64,000 bases of DNA from the human T2T-CHM13v2.0 reference genome, Homo sapiens: NCBI RefSeq assembly GCF_009914755.1, contig NC_060926.1. One strand, 5' to 3'. Position numbers and translations under genes: made by a program. The notes beneath the pieces are model-generated. The model was given only the letters and a program-made list of their open reading frames with translations. It was not told the origin of the DNA and searched no databases. Shown here piece by piece: positions 45,000 through 57,660 of this stretch (positions are counted from its first letter, which is position 1; the number at the start of each line of letters is the position of its first letter).

Positions 45000-46640
45000 G
45001 TCTTTACCCCTTCTGTCATTAGTGGTAATGGCCCCTATGTACTCTTCTGTGACTTTCCCACATTCATATATAAACATATATATTTCTTTTGCTTTAGAAA
45101 AATGGAATCATGTTATATAGACTTCTCTGCATGTTGTCACTTGACATTGGGAAAAATCCCTTGAAATCAGCTGATATTCAACCATTTCCTTATTGAAGCC
45201 GTTTTCTTTGTTTCCAATTCTTTGTGTTTCCGTGAACATATTTGAACATACAGTCTTACCTATTGATGGTTTTATCTTTGAGACTGATTCATAGGAATAG
45301 CATTGCTATGACTAGGTGATATATAGTTTAATTAATTTGTTATAATTAATTTTTAAAATTTAGACGGGGTCTTGCTTTGATGCCCAGGCTGGAGTGCAGT
45401 GGCATGATTATAGCTCATTGCTGCCTTGAATTCCTGGGCTCAAGGGATCCTCCAGCCTTGTTAAATGTTAAATCCCACAAAGTGCTGGGATTACAGATGT
45501 GAGCCAGCATACCTAATTTATATAGTTTTAATTTTATAGATATTTCTGAACTACTTTCAAAAACTTCTGTAACAGTTTACATTTGTAGCAACTAGTTGTT
45601 GCTATATGTTGAAATATAGCCATTTACCTGAGTCTTCACCAGAAGTAGATGTTACTTCTCCTTTTAATTATTTCTAATTTGATAGCATAAAATATCTCAT
45701 GGTATTCTGATTTGCCCTTTTCTGTCTGGTAGAGAGGCTTAACATCTTTTTATAATTGTATTGGCCATTAGGACTAGTTTGTAAGATGTGTATGCAAATG
45801 CTTTGTACGTCTGTTGGGTAGTATGTTGTCTTATTTTAAACACTGAGATGAAATTCACATAACATAAAACTAACCATTTAAAAGTGAACAGTTCAGTGGT
45901 TTTTAGTACATCCATAATGTTGTGTGACCACTCCTACATCTAGTTCCAAAAATTTTTTTTCACCCGAAAAGGAAATACTGTACCTATTAACAGTTATTCC
46001 TCATTCCTCTTCCCCCAAACCACTGGCAACCACCACTCTGCTTTCTGTTGCTGGAGATTTACCTATTCCGGGTATTTCATATAAATGATGACCTTTTGTA
46101 TCTGTTCTTTCACTTAGCAAAATATTTTCAAGGTTGATCAATGTGGTTGGTATATCTTGTTTTTTTTTTAATCAATTTGAAAAGCTATTTGTAGATCTAG
46201 ATTTTAAAACTTTTTGTATCATCTGGATTATAAAATTAATATAGTATTTGGCAATGGATTTTGTTTATAGAATTATTTGTCATATAAAAGAGTGTAATAT
46301 TTATACATTCAGATATTTCTATCTTTAACCTCTGGGTTGAGCATGCAGTCTGCTAAAGTTTCTCTGAATGTTTTTATTGATTTAGGTTCATATTTAAATT
46401 TTTAAGCAAATTGGAACTTTGGTACATGAGATTTCTTTTGTCTCAGAAGGATAGCCACTAGTTTCATTGTTATTTTTAAGTAAATTATCCTTTCTTCACT
46501 CAGTTGAAATTGTACCTTTCTATATATTAAATTCCTGCTATTGCCTTTTTCTGGTTTCTCTAGTTCATTCCACTGATCTCTCTGACTATTCTTATGCCAA
46601 TACCATAGTGTTTTGATTCAGTGGTTTTGTATTTTTCATA
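45000..46640 (-). mobile_element. Old L1M fragments, including an L1MB-like 3' end at about 45830-46145
   Basis: gagatgaaattcacataacataaaactaaccatttaaaagtgaacagttcagtgg... L1MB 3' end, embedded in older L1M-like T-rich sequence. Confidence 0.65.
45335..45516 (-). mobile_element. Monomer-length Alu (FRAM or internally deleted AluJ)
   Basis: Right-arm 3' part joined to a left-arm-type 5' end; TSD tatatagttt at 45320-45329 / 45519-45528. Confidence 0.8.
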
Positions 46641-47494
46641 TTTTTCTCTCCTTGTTAAATGCTTTCTAAGTTTATATTAGTACAATTACATTTTTTATTA
46701 GAGGCAAAAAAAGTTACTCTTTTGAAAAATTTTGGCACTTAGAAGTAACAATTATGAACTCATCTGAAATAAGTGGCTATATAATATACTCATGTTTCTG
46801 TTGCTAAATCTGTAAATTTTAATCCTGGATATCAAGAAAAGATTGCTGGTTGCCATTTGACTGGACTTCCGAGAAAAATTACAGAGATAAAACCCTTCCT
46901 ATATAAATCCTTCTGTAAATCATGAGTGTTTCATACTCGGAACTGGCATCACTGCATCAATCTGTGAGCGTGTTTAAATGCAAAGTGCAGAGTGATGCAC
47001 AAGCTTTCCTTGGTGATGCTGTGTGTAATCTGTTTGCTAGCTGCCCCTTGCAGGGCCTGTCACTATGCCTGGCTTCTTGCCCCCTGATTACTAAAGACCA
47101 TTGAACTCTTATTCATGAAGCGTTTTCAGGCAGCCATTGTATACTCATTACTGGGTAAGATCAAGAAAAGAAGTCCTTACTTGTTCTAGCTTTGAAAAAC
47201 AAAGACAATTTTTCCTTCACAAAAAGAAGACACAAACTCTACCCTTGAGAAAAATCACAGCACAGTTGGGGAAATATAAATATTTATAATTATATCTAAA
47301 TACGTCTTCAAATCAACATTTATATACACACATTGCAGTAGTAACTTACATTTGTAGAGCACAGCTCTTTATAGTTTAGAAAGTGTTTTCATCAAAATTG
47401 TTTTAAGAGGATGTTCCTACAACATTTTGAACGATGTCTAGGAGCTATTTCTGTCCCTAATTTAATGATGTTCAGAATAAGACTTTTAGGGTAA

Positions 47495-47861
<367 letters not shown>

Positions 47862-48052
47862 AACCAGGTTTATTTTTTAATGGAGCCATCCTTGGCTCTC
47901 AACACCTAACTTATGGAGCATCTTTGTTTTTTCCCCAGGAGTGAGAGTATACAATAGTTTGGTGGACATTTAAACTGTATATAGTATAAATTGTTCTTGG
48001 GGCTGGAGATCTGGGAGAGAACAAGACTTGACATGGTCCCTGCCCTCATGCA

Positions 48053-48054
<2 letters not shown>

Positions 48055-48087
<33 letters not shown>
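48055..48087. repeat. (TG)n microsatellite
   Basis: Direct reading. Confidence 0.9.
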
Positions 48088-48088
<1 letters not shown>

Positions 48089-48738
48089 TTAGGAGGGATG
48101 TGCATGCAGGGCAGGGAAGGCAAGGATAATAGATATGTAAACAAATAATTAGCATTGTGATAATTATACAGCAGGCTGGTATATGGTACACATAATTATT
48201 GACCTGACCTTGATAGATATCAAAGTGAACTTTCTGAGGAAGTGACCATTAAGCTGAGTATGCAACTGCTTAGGGGAAGCAGGAAGGCCTTAAGGGAGGG
48301 AGCAGAATCGCACATTGAAGAATCTGGAAAAAGGTGGGAAGCACTGGAATAACAAAGTTCTCTGGAAACAAAGCTAGGGAGTGGGTTGGGGGCCAGATTA
48401 TGCAGGCTTGTGGGTCAAGGAGAGGATAATGGAAATTATCCTTAGGAGCCGTGAGAAGTTTAGGAGTGACATGGTTCTATTAGAGTGCTATGGCTGGTTC
48501 AGAGTAAGACATAAGAAGAGAGGCCAGTTAGAGGCCTGTTGACAGAATTGAGGTGATAAATGTGGGTAACTTGGACTGGAATATTGGTAGTAGAAAGGGA
48601 AAGAAATGAACAGATTTGCAAAGCATTTAGGTTATAGAATTCACAGGTCTTAGCAATTGATTCAGTCTGGGGAGATGTCGAGTATATCTCCCAAGCTTTT
48701 GACTTGGGCTTGAAGAAAAGACTATTTATAATAATTGG

Positions 48739-49030
48739 GGCTGGGTGCAGTGACTCACGTCCGTAATCTCAGCACTTTGGGAGGCCAAAGCTGGTGGATC
48801 GCTTGAGCTCAGGAGTTCGAGATCAGCTGGGCAACGTGGTGAAACCCCATGTCTACAAAAAATAGAAAAATTAGGCGTGGTGGCTTGTGCCTGTAGTCCC
48901 AGCTACTTGGGAGGCTGAGACAGGAGTATCACCTGAGCCCAGGAGGCGGAAGTTTGCAGTGAGCTGAGATGCACTATTGCACTCCGGCTTGGGTGACAGA
49001 GGGAGACCCTGTGTCAAAACATAAAATAAA
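48739..49030 (+). mobile_element. AluJb-like
   Basis: ggatcgcttgagctcaggag; TSD ataa(t/c)aattgg at 48728-48738 / 49031-49041. Confidence 0.93.
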
Positions 49031-49883
49031 ATAACAATTGGTTCAAAATATTTTGAAAATTGTTTTGGTTCTATCTGCATTGGTGCAAAAGGCAAAAAAG
49101 AAAAAAAAACAGGAATGTGCTTATGTAGACATTAAAGCCATAATGACACACCAAATATTTGCTTTAACTAAAGAGGGCTATGGTTGTACAGAGCTGACAC
49201 AAATATGATACACTATTGATAATAAAACTGAGGTCTTGCCCTCTATAAAAGTTAAACTAATTATTTACACTTGCATATTCACTCACATTATTTATTATTT
49301 TCTATTTAAAATCATTATTTTTATTGCAAAACAGACTTAATTTTATTCTCAGCCTATAAACCTTACTATAACTTATCTATATCTGCTAAGCACAGAGTCA
49401 TTTTTGTTCCTTTAATAAGTGTAGTAATTCGCATTGGCTAATGGTATAACTATGATAATTACATAATGTAGTTGTACTCTTAACCACTGCCTTATTACAA
49501 CAATTTTAAATCTTGTTATTTTTTCCTAGTGGAGCAGAGCATATGGTTATCCAATTTTTTTTACTACATTAAAAAAACACACAACTTTTCTTGCTTTTCT
49601 CTTATCTTTTGCCTCAATCCAGTTAGCAAAATTTTACATGTAGTTTGGAGATTATACTTGCTATTGGGTGAAATTATATACCCTGTGCTTTTTTCCTCGT
49701 CCTGGATTAATTTGGGTTTTCTTCTTAGATCTTTTACTTCCGGGATAGTGTGTACAGTTTTTCATGGCAAATCATAAACTTAGCACATTTTACTGAACAA
49801 TTCACTCATCTTTTCAACTACATTATGGTAGATAGTTGTGGAGAGGAGGGTTTGGTGTTAGTGATTAAAATTATGAATAGAGG

Positions 49884-50411
49884 AGCTGGGTACAGTGGCT
49901 CACACCCTGTAATTCCAGCAATTTGAGATGCTGAAGTGGCGGGATCTTTTAAGGCCAGAAATTGGAGACCAGCCTGGATAACATCGTGAGATCCTCTCAT
50001 AGGTGGGAATTGAACAATGAGAACACTTGGACACAGGGCAGGGAACATCACACACCAGGGCCTGTCGTGGGGTGGGGGCATGGGGGAGGGATAGCATTAG
50101 GAGAAACACCTAATGTAAATGACAAGTTAGTGGGTGCAGCAAACCAACACAGCAGATGTATACATATGTAACAAACCTGCACGTTGTGCACATGTACCCT
50201 AGAACTTAAAGTATAATAAAAAAAGAAAAGAAAAAAACAGTTTTAACTATTATTTGGGTGTGGTGGCGCATGCCTGTAGTGCCAGCTACATGGAAGGCTG
50301 GGGTGGGAGAATCACTTGAACCCAGGAGTTTGAGGCTGCAGTGAGTTACGATGCCATTGCACTCCAGCCTGAGTGGCAGAGCAAGACCCTGTGTCTAAAA
50401 TAATAAGAAGA
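49884..50411 (+). mobile_element. AluJ split by an L1PA 3' fragment
   Basis: Left arm 49884-49995, right arm about 50250-50411; TSD atgaata. Confidence 0.85.
49996..50237 (+). mobile_element. Very short 5'-truncated L1PA (about PA5-7) 3'UTR
   Basis: ctcataggtgggaattgaacaatgagaacacttggacac...gtaccctagaacttaaagtataataaaa poly-A. Confidence 0.93.
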
Positions 50412-53225
50412 ATGAATACAAATATAGTGAACTCTTATCTGGAGTGATTGAAAAAAGTGCAAACCAAATATTCATCTGTGTGTATTCCATGTATAATTTA
50501 TAGATGATTAATTTTCCAATAACTATAGCCAGATTAATTTCCTCTAAAAATTAAACCAAGTGTATTGTATTTTGGCCTTTGAGGAGTCAGAAAATGCCTC
50601 AGGATTTTCCAGAACCTGACTCCAGCATGTTTCGGGGGGGGATCTAGCTGTTATTCCAGACTTCTTTATGCTTCCTTTATAAAGTTGCAAAAGTTCTGAG
50701 TAATAGACGTTTTGAGTATTCAGAAAAGATAGCTTTTCTCAATATGTCAGATCTTCATTATATATATCTAAGACATGCTAAACTTCTCAAGTTTTTTAAT
50801 AAAACCATATTATAAAGGCATAAAATAAAGTTTTAAGGCTAGTGGGGCCAGGTCTAGGAGGTGAAGTGGATAGTTAAAATAATTAAAATGCAAAGTTTAA
50901 AATTGTTATTTTATTTAAAAGCCTAATAACTTAAATCCTAACTCACCATAACCATTAATTAAGTGGATTTGTTTTTCAGCACTGGCCTTGTTCACCTTAG
51001 TACTGAAGTCCATTCAAGTTCAACTCAGTCTTATTAGTCTTCATGCTGCCCCAGAAGATCACTGATGATCAGCATGATCAGAAGACCTTTAAAGGTTGCA
51101 AATTATGAAAAAAAGTATTAGATTATGTTCAATGTACTATGCCTGAATTAACCAGAAAACTTAATAGTGAAATACTGTGTTTATTTCTAATTTTGACAGC
51201 ATTATTTAATTTGGAGAATTTGGTCAAAGAAACATAAGAGCAAAATGCATTTGTTTCAATAATTTGTGAAATTCAGAAGGTTGTGATGCTTTTTTTACTT
51301 TTTAATTATCCAGAGGCAAATTACATTCTTCTTCTCTTTGACTCTTGAAACTCGACCTAACATGGCTATTACAAGAAACAATAACAAATGTACTTGCTGC
51401 ATTATTCTCTTGGTGCTAGTTACATCCATCTGTGTGACTTCTTAATGACTTATTTTTAATCCTGCAAGATTTTACATAGGTCAAATAATTACATTCATTT
51501 TCTTTATTTTATTTGTCTCCCTGAAATTGCTTAATGAAAGATCCACACAACTACTATTCACAGCAAGAAATGTGGCCATACGTGGGAAACATCTTTGGAA
51601 ACTGTAAAGGCCTCACAGATATGTAATAATGGGAACGATGATGATAGTGTGTGTTTTGAACAAGGCTGATGGCAGAATATTCCCTAAGCATTGACAGGGA
51701 GCCCGGGAGGCAACTTTCCTGGAGGAGACTTTATAGTACTTAGCTTCTGCATTAATTTGAATGTGCTCATCTGCTGTACTGAGATCTTGTACACTGTTCG
51801 GCCCATTTCACTCTCCAATGACAGGTGTGGTGCATCTTGTTGGAGAACTTAGCAAACATCTCAAATTTCAGACCAACAGGTAGCCTTTGTCTCTGAGACA
51901 TCCTTTCTATGTGTTGATTTCATTTGTTTCACCTCCTTTTACAAGGCCTGACTCCAGGCTCATTCTTTCAGAAAGCCTCTTTTTTTCACTGTTCTGACAT
52001 GAAGGGCCAATGCCTTTGTTGCTCTTAATATTTGAACTCTTATTTTGACAACAGATTTATTATCAGTGTTGTGACATCTCTCCTTTTGCTTTCTGGAATC
52101 CTTACTCACACCCATATATATTCAGGTAAATTTCATGTGTGTTTGCTTTATGTTTCTTTTCATATTGTAAAACTCTTGAGATGTAAAGCCATAACCTTAT
52201 ATCTCTTTGGATGCCTCACAGTGCCCAGAATCTAAGAAAATTTATGTTTAGTTCAGTTTTTGTTGATTTAATTTTGATCACCAAAGATATATTCAAAAAA
52301 ATTTTTGTGCCTAGAAAACATATTAGATTTTTTAAACAAAAGAAGTTTACTTTTCATAGAAAGGATGGTGGGTGATATGGACAAAGGAAAGATACAAAAG
52401 GTGTTTTTGCTGCAGTTTTATGGTCATTTTCCCATCAGATTGAAGATACTTAACATGGTTGTGCTTCATAGGGTCCTTAAACTCCCTGAAATTATGTGAT
52501 TAATATAATTTGTAGAGAATTATAATATGTAGAGAAAGAGCCCATGGTTTTTATCAGATTTTCAAAGGTTGTAAGTGACTCAAAGATAACTGAGGGTCTG
52601 AGTTAGAAGGCACCACAACTAAAATACTCTGTAACAAAGCTGGTGTCAAGGGCTTTTTGTTTGGATGGTGATAGTATTACCATAGTAATACCATATTATT
52701 GCCATAGAGGAATGTTGTTTGTTGATCTGACTTCATCATACAACATTAATACATACATGAAAATCCAAGTTTTTGCAAGTATAAATTTGGTGATATTATT
52801 CACTTAAGGAAATAGTTAAGTAAAATTTTAGGTAATGAGCTCCTAGACATTTAACATTAACTTATGTGTTGTATTTCAAAAATACATTTCCTTTGCTCTG
52901 GACAAAAAGCATACCAGGAATTCTATAATTTGCAACAGAATAAATTAGCCCATAAATGTGCTGCATCTGCCTGTGGGACAGACATTATTTTAAAATGTTG
53001 TCTCACAGAAGTGAAGGCATTTCTTGATTTCATGTGTGTGTATTTGTTTTGTTTTGTTTTTAATTCTGTATGAGACTTCACAGCAGCTTAATATTGGATT
53101 CACAATTAGTGACTGAATAAACATCTCTGTGTGGATTGATTTAGCTCTGTTCATGTATTCATTATGTGGGTGATCTTCTAATACCTCAGCCTCCAAGTTC
53201 CTTGACCCATGCTCACAACCCAGAT

Positions 53226-53387
53226 CAGTGGTTCTCAGTGTAGACCTCAGACTGACAGACACAGCATCACAGAGAACTTATTAGAAATGCAAATTTGGGG
53301 GCTCAGCCCTAAATCTGGAATCTGAAACTCTGTAGTGTGAAGCCCAGCAATGCAATCCCTTTAGCAAGCTTTCTGGGTGACTCTGAA
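53226..53387. mobile_element. MER5A-type MITE (partial)
   Basis: cagtggttctca...gcatcac...gaacttattagaaatgcaaatt...tctgaaactctg. Confidence 0.75.
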
Positions 53388-53399
53388 AGCTGTTATGCT

Positions 53400-55747
53400 A
53401 CAACTTGCTAATAACAACAACTCTACCCCTTACTATCATCTCAATTTCAAGCTAACTGCTCTCTGACCACCATTAATCCTGCCAGCTCCCTACTTCCTTC
53501 TAGTATCTCAACTGTCCCATAAGAGGTCCATGAATCATTTTCACTTTTTTTTTTTTTTGTAATCATCTCCGTTATGTCCTCATTACTCCTATTAGATCCC
53601 ATGGTCCATGATTGTAATCATTAAGTTCCATGTTCTCTCTCTCTGTCTTCGTTTTACCTAGACAAATTTCCACCTTGTTTACATCATCTCTCCAATGCTG
53701 CAGGCTCATCTGAGTATTTCTAGAGAAAAACTCACAACCATGCCAGCAATCCACTTTAACACTAACCCCAACTGAACCTTAGTACTACTGGAAATCCCAG
53801 TATATTACCTTAGTCTAGTCACTCTCATATTCCTTTAGCAGAGTATTTTCACATTCTGCCTCCCCTACTGTTTTTGTGGATAAACTGTCCATGTCTTTCC
53901 AAAGGCCAACCTCTAGCTCCTACACTGGATTCCATTTCCTGTCCCCTATTCAAGGAGATTTTTTCCAGTAATTATTTTTTCTCTCTCCTGCACTAGCACT
54001 TGTTCCTTCTCTACCTGGCCACTCCCATCAGCAAAATAAATATGCTGTCATATCATCTATTATTTTAAAAAATTCTCTTACCTGCAAATGCCCTGCTTCC
54101 TACTATACTGCTTGTTTGTTTTTATAAGAAAACTCTTTTTTAAAAGTTGTCTCTAGTCATTTTCTTCCAATATTGTCACTTGCAACTACCCCAGCCAGGT
54201 GTTCATTTCTACTGTTTCATCGAAACAATTTTTGTCAATGTCACCTAAATCTAATGGCTAATTCTTGTCAATGTGCCCAATGAGTTTCTGAATCCAATGG
54301 CTAATTCTTGTCACTGTCACCAGTGCGTTTCTAGATTTAATGGCTAAATCTCATTCTTCTTCTGACATGGCCCATGTACAATATCTGACATAGTTAATCA
54401 GCTCCCTCCTTCCTGAAATACTTTTTTGCACTTGGCCTTCAGGACACATCTCTTTCCTTGATTATCCCTCTCTCAGTAGCCATTTGCTGCTTCATCCTCA
54501 TCCTCCTGACATTCTAATATGGAACTATTTCCAGGTTCAGTCCTTAGCCTTCATCACTTCATTATCTGTAATCACTCCCTAGGTGACACCATCTAGTGTC
54601 ATTCATTAGTTTATATACCATTTAAAAGCTGGTAGCTCTAAAACCCATGTCCCCATCCTATACTACTCCCCTGAACTCAAAATCTATATATCTGTTTATT
54701 TGATATCCCCACTTGAGTGCCTAATAAGTCCCATTAATTCATCATGTTCCAAACTGAATTCAGATTTTTCTACCCTGCCCACCAAACCTGCATCTTCCAC
54801 ACATTAGTTAAAGGCAGCTCCATTCTTGCATTTGCTTAGGTCAGACACTGTGCAGTGATCTTAACTCACTCCACTCTGTTTTTTCTCTCAGCCTACACCC
54901 AATCCATAGTAAGACCTGGCAGCACTAGCTCCAGTTTACATCCCAAATATGACTGCTTCTCACTGCCTTACTTCTACCTATCTGGTCTATGCCACCCTTA
55001 TTTTTTTGTCTGGATTGTTGTAAGAGCTTTCTAATTTGTCTCCCTGCCTTTGCTCTTCTCTCTATCCTCTTAGATGCTACTCTTAACCTAGCAAACAGGA
55101 TGATCTCATTAAAAAGGAAATTGCATCATTTTACTTCTATACTCAAAGCTGTCCCAAAACTTTCAGTCTTATTGGAGTAAAATCAAACTCCTTGTTGTGG
55201 CCACGTGACCCACCATATGACCCTCCATGATCTTGCCGCTTCCACCTCACTGACCTCACCTTCTTCCACTCTTCCCTCTTGCCCAACCTGCTGTAGCTAC
55301 AATGGTGCTGAGGCTGGCTCTCAGTAACCAAACCCAATTCCACTTCAGATCTTTAAATGCTCTAACCAGAGAGATCTGTATCATCTTGCTTGTTTATGTA
55401 AGGTTCTTTCTTCCCTGACTACCGAATTTAAAAGAGTAATAGCCTACATATAATCACTTTCTCTTTTACACCAGCTTTATTATTCTTGATGTGACTTCTC
55501 ACCATCTGACATATCATTTAGGACAAACCACATGAAATTGTAGATAATGACTATTTTTGACCGACAAAAACTGCCAGTGCCTAGGGTAGTCAGGGAAGCC
55601 AGTTCGTATTTCTTGTTTGTTTGTAAGCTCTGTGAGAGAAGAGATTTTTCCTGTTTTGTTCACTGTTATAGCCCCAGCTAAAAGATATAGTGCTTGGTAC
55701 ATAATAAATACTCATAAATATCTATAGAATGAACTACATGAATGAGT
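53400..55747 (+). mobile_element. Long L2 (L2a-like) remnant
   Basis: Pyrimidine-rich, with RT-region phrases (gaaac...ttgtcaatgtcacc, tggccttcaggacac) and 3' end agtgcttggtacata...gaatgaactacatgaatga. Confidence 0.75.
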
Positions 55748-55821
55748 CAGCAATATTTATAAGGTATCTACAATGTGCTATTCTTGTTTCAATCCCTGTA
55801 TCCACTCTCTTTTCTGTTTTA

Positions 55822-56152
<331 letters not shown>

Positions 56153-57439
56153 TCACCACATTTTTCAATGAGTAACTAAATTAATATGCAGTTCGGGTGA
56201 TTCAAGGGAACACAGTAACTATTTGAAAAAATAATGTAATAGAAATTTATATCTAATACATTATATCTAAGTATATGCATATATCTTTATTTTACTAATT
56301 ATGCTTTACTGGGACCACTAATAGAATTGTACTGAGACCACTGATAGAGCTTTTTTTTTTTTTTTTTTCAATGTCCTGAACACATTTTATCTGAAAGTGT
56401 GTGATACGCATGCTGGCAGGGCAAAAGTAGGATGTCATTAAACTGTTGCTTTAAAGAAGTGACAAAATGTTACTTCTTTCCAAATAAAACAGGATAAAAT
56501 TTGAAAAGAAAGGCTTTGGGATCATGAAAAGTATGAGTATGGGGAACAAAATACCTTCTTTTAATTTTGCAGCAATGAATACGCTTTGAAAACTGAAATT
56601 CGTTAGAAAGTACTAGAAATGGTTTAGCAATAGAGTTCAGCCACAAAACTTAAGTCTGAGACTATGGCATGGGACACATTTTCACCAGTCATAATTTTAG
56701 CCAAGTATAGAGAGATGTGATTAGGAATACTCAAATACAATCTGGGGGAAAATAACCAGGAATCACATTTTAAAAAAACATGAAAATTGTGATGTCCTGC
56801 AAGACACTTAAAACTGCAACATCCGTTCTCTGAACAAGTTAACTGAGGCAAACTGAGAAGGCAGTATATATCCAGGAGCACAGCACACATTGGGCGGAAG
56901 ATCTGGGATGAGAGCCCAAAAGTCCCATTTTCCTGTCTCATACTTTTGTATTCAAAATATTGCAATCTGTTACCTAGAAGAAGATTAGTGTGTAGAACTG
57001 AATGCTTTAATTTTACTGCAGGAAAAAGTAATGTAGAAAGAGCATAGGCTGTGATGGATATAAAATGTGTCTAAACACAGATATCTTTGGTTAATTAGTA
57101 AAATGGCAAAGACACTTCGAAAAACAAGAGAGGCACATAAATCTCTTTCATAAGTGTTAAATATTTCAATATTCACTCATATGAAAATCTTTTAATGGAG
57201 CTCTCACATATTTGTAGAAATAATTAACATTATATTTGAAGCATCAATTTTTTTGCCACTGAGCTAACATAACTTTTTATCATTATATCTTTGAATACTG
57301 TATTACTTATCTGATCTAGAACATTTCACATAAAAGAAAGCTAAAGTTAGCAAAAGAACAGTTCATAAAAATATGTGGTATCTGTGAAAACAGATATGAT
57401 TAAAATAGTATGTGCTGTTTAAATGAATTAGAAGTCATC

Positions 57440-57660
57440 TTGGAAAGCCCAATGAAGTCTCCTCATCACACAGAGGCAGTTAGGAAGGCAAATAGGACTC
57501 CAGGGTGCATTAAAAAAGGGAGAAAATAATATGGAAATATTAAGTTGATGTGATATCAAATAATGATATACTTTCATCCAGAATACCGAGTCTAATTTCA
57601 GTCAGTGCACCTTAAGACATGTCAAGCAGAGAATGAAAATATCAGAGGAATGTGGAAAAA
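57440..57660 (+). mobile_element. CR1/L3-like LINE fragment
   Basis: ggaaggcaaataggactccagggtgcattaa...catccagaataccgagtctaatttcagtcagtgcaccttaag resembles the CR1 RT C-terminus (KANxxLGCI...HLEYCVQFW). Confidence 0.45.

Noticed and set aside
52674-52691. Hairpin gtattac-cata-gtaatac
   Set aside because: A 7-bp AT-rich stem is within chance expectation; no ncRNA features.
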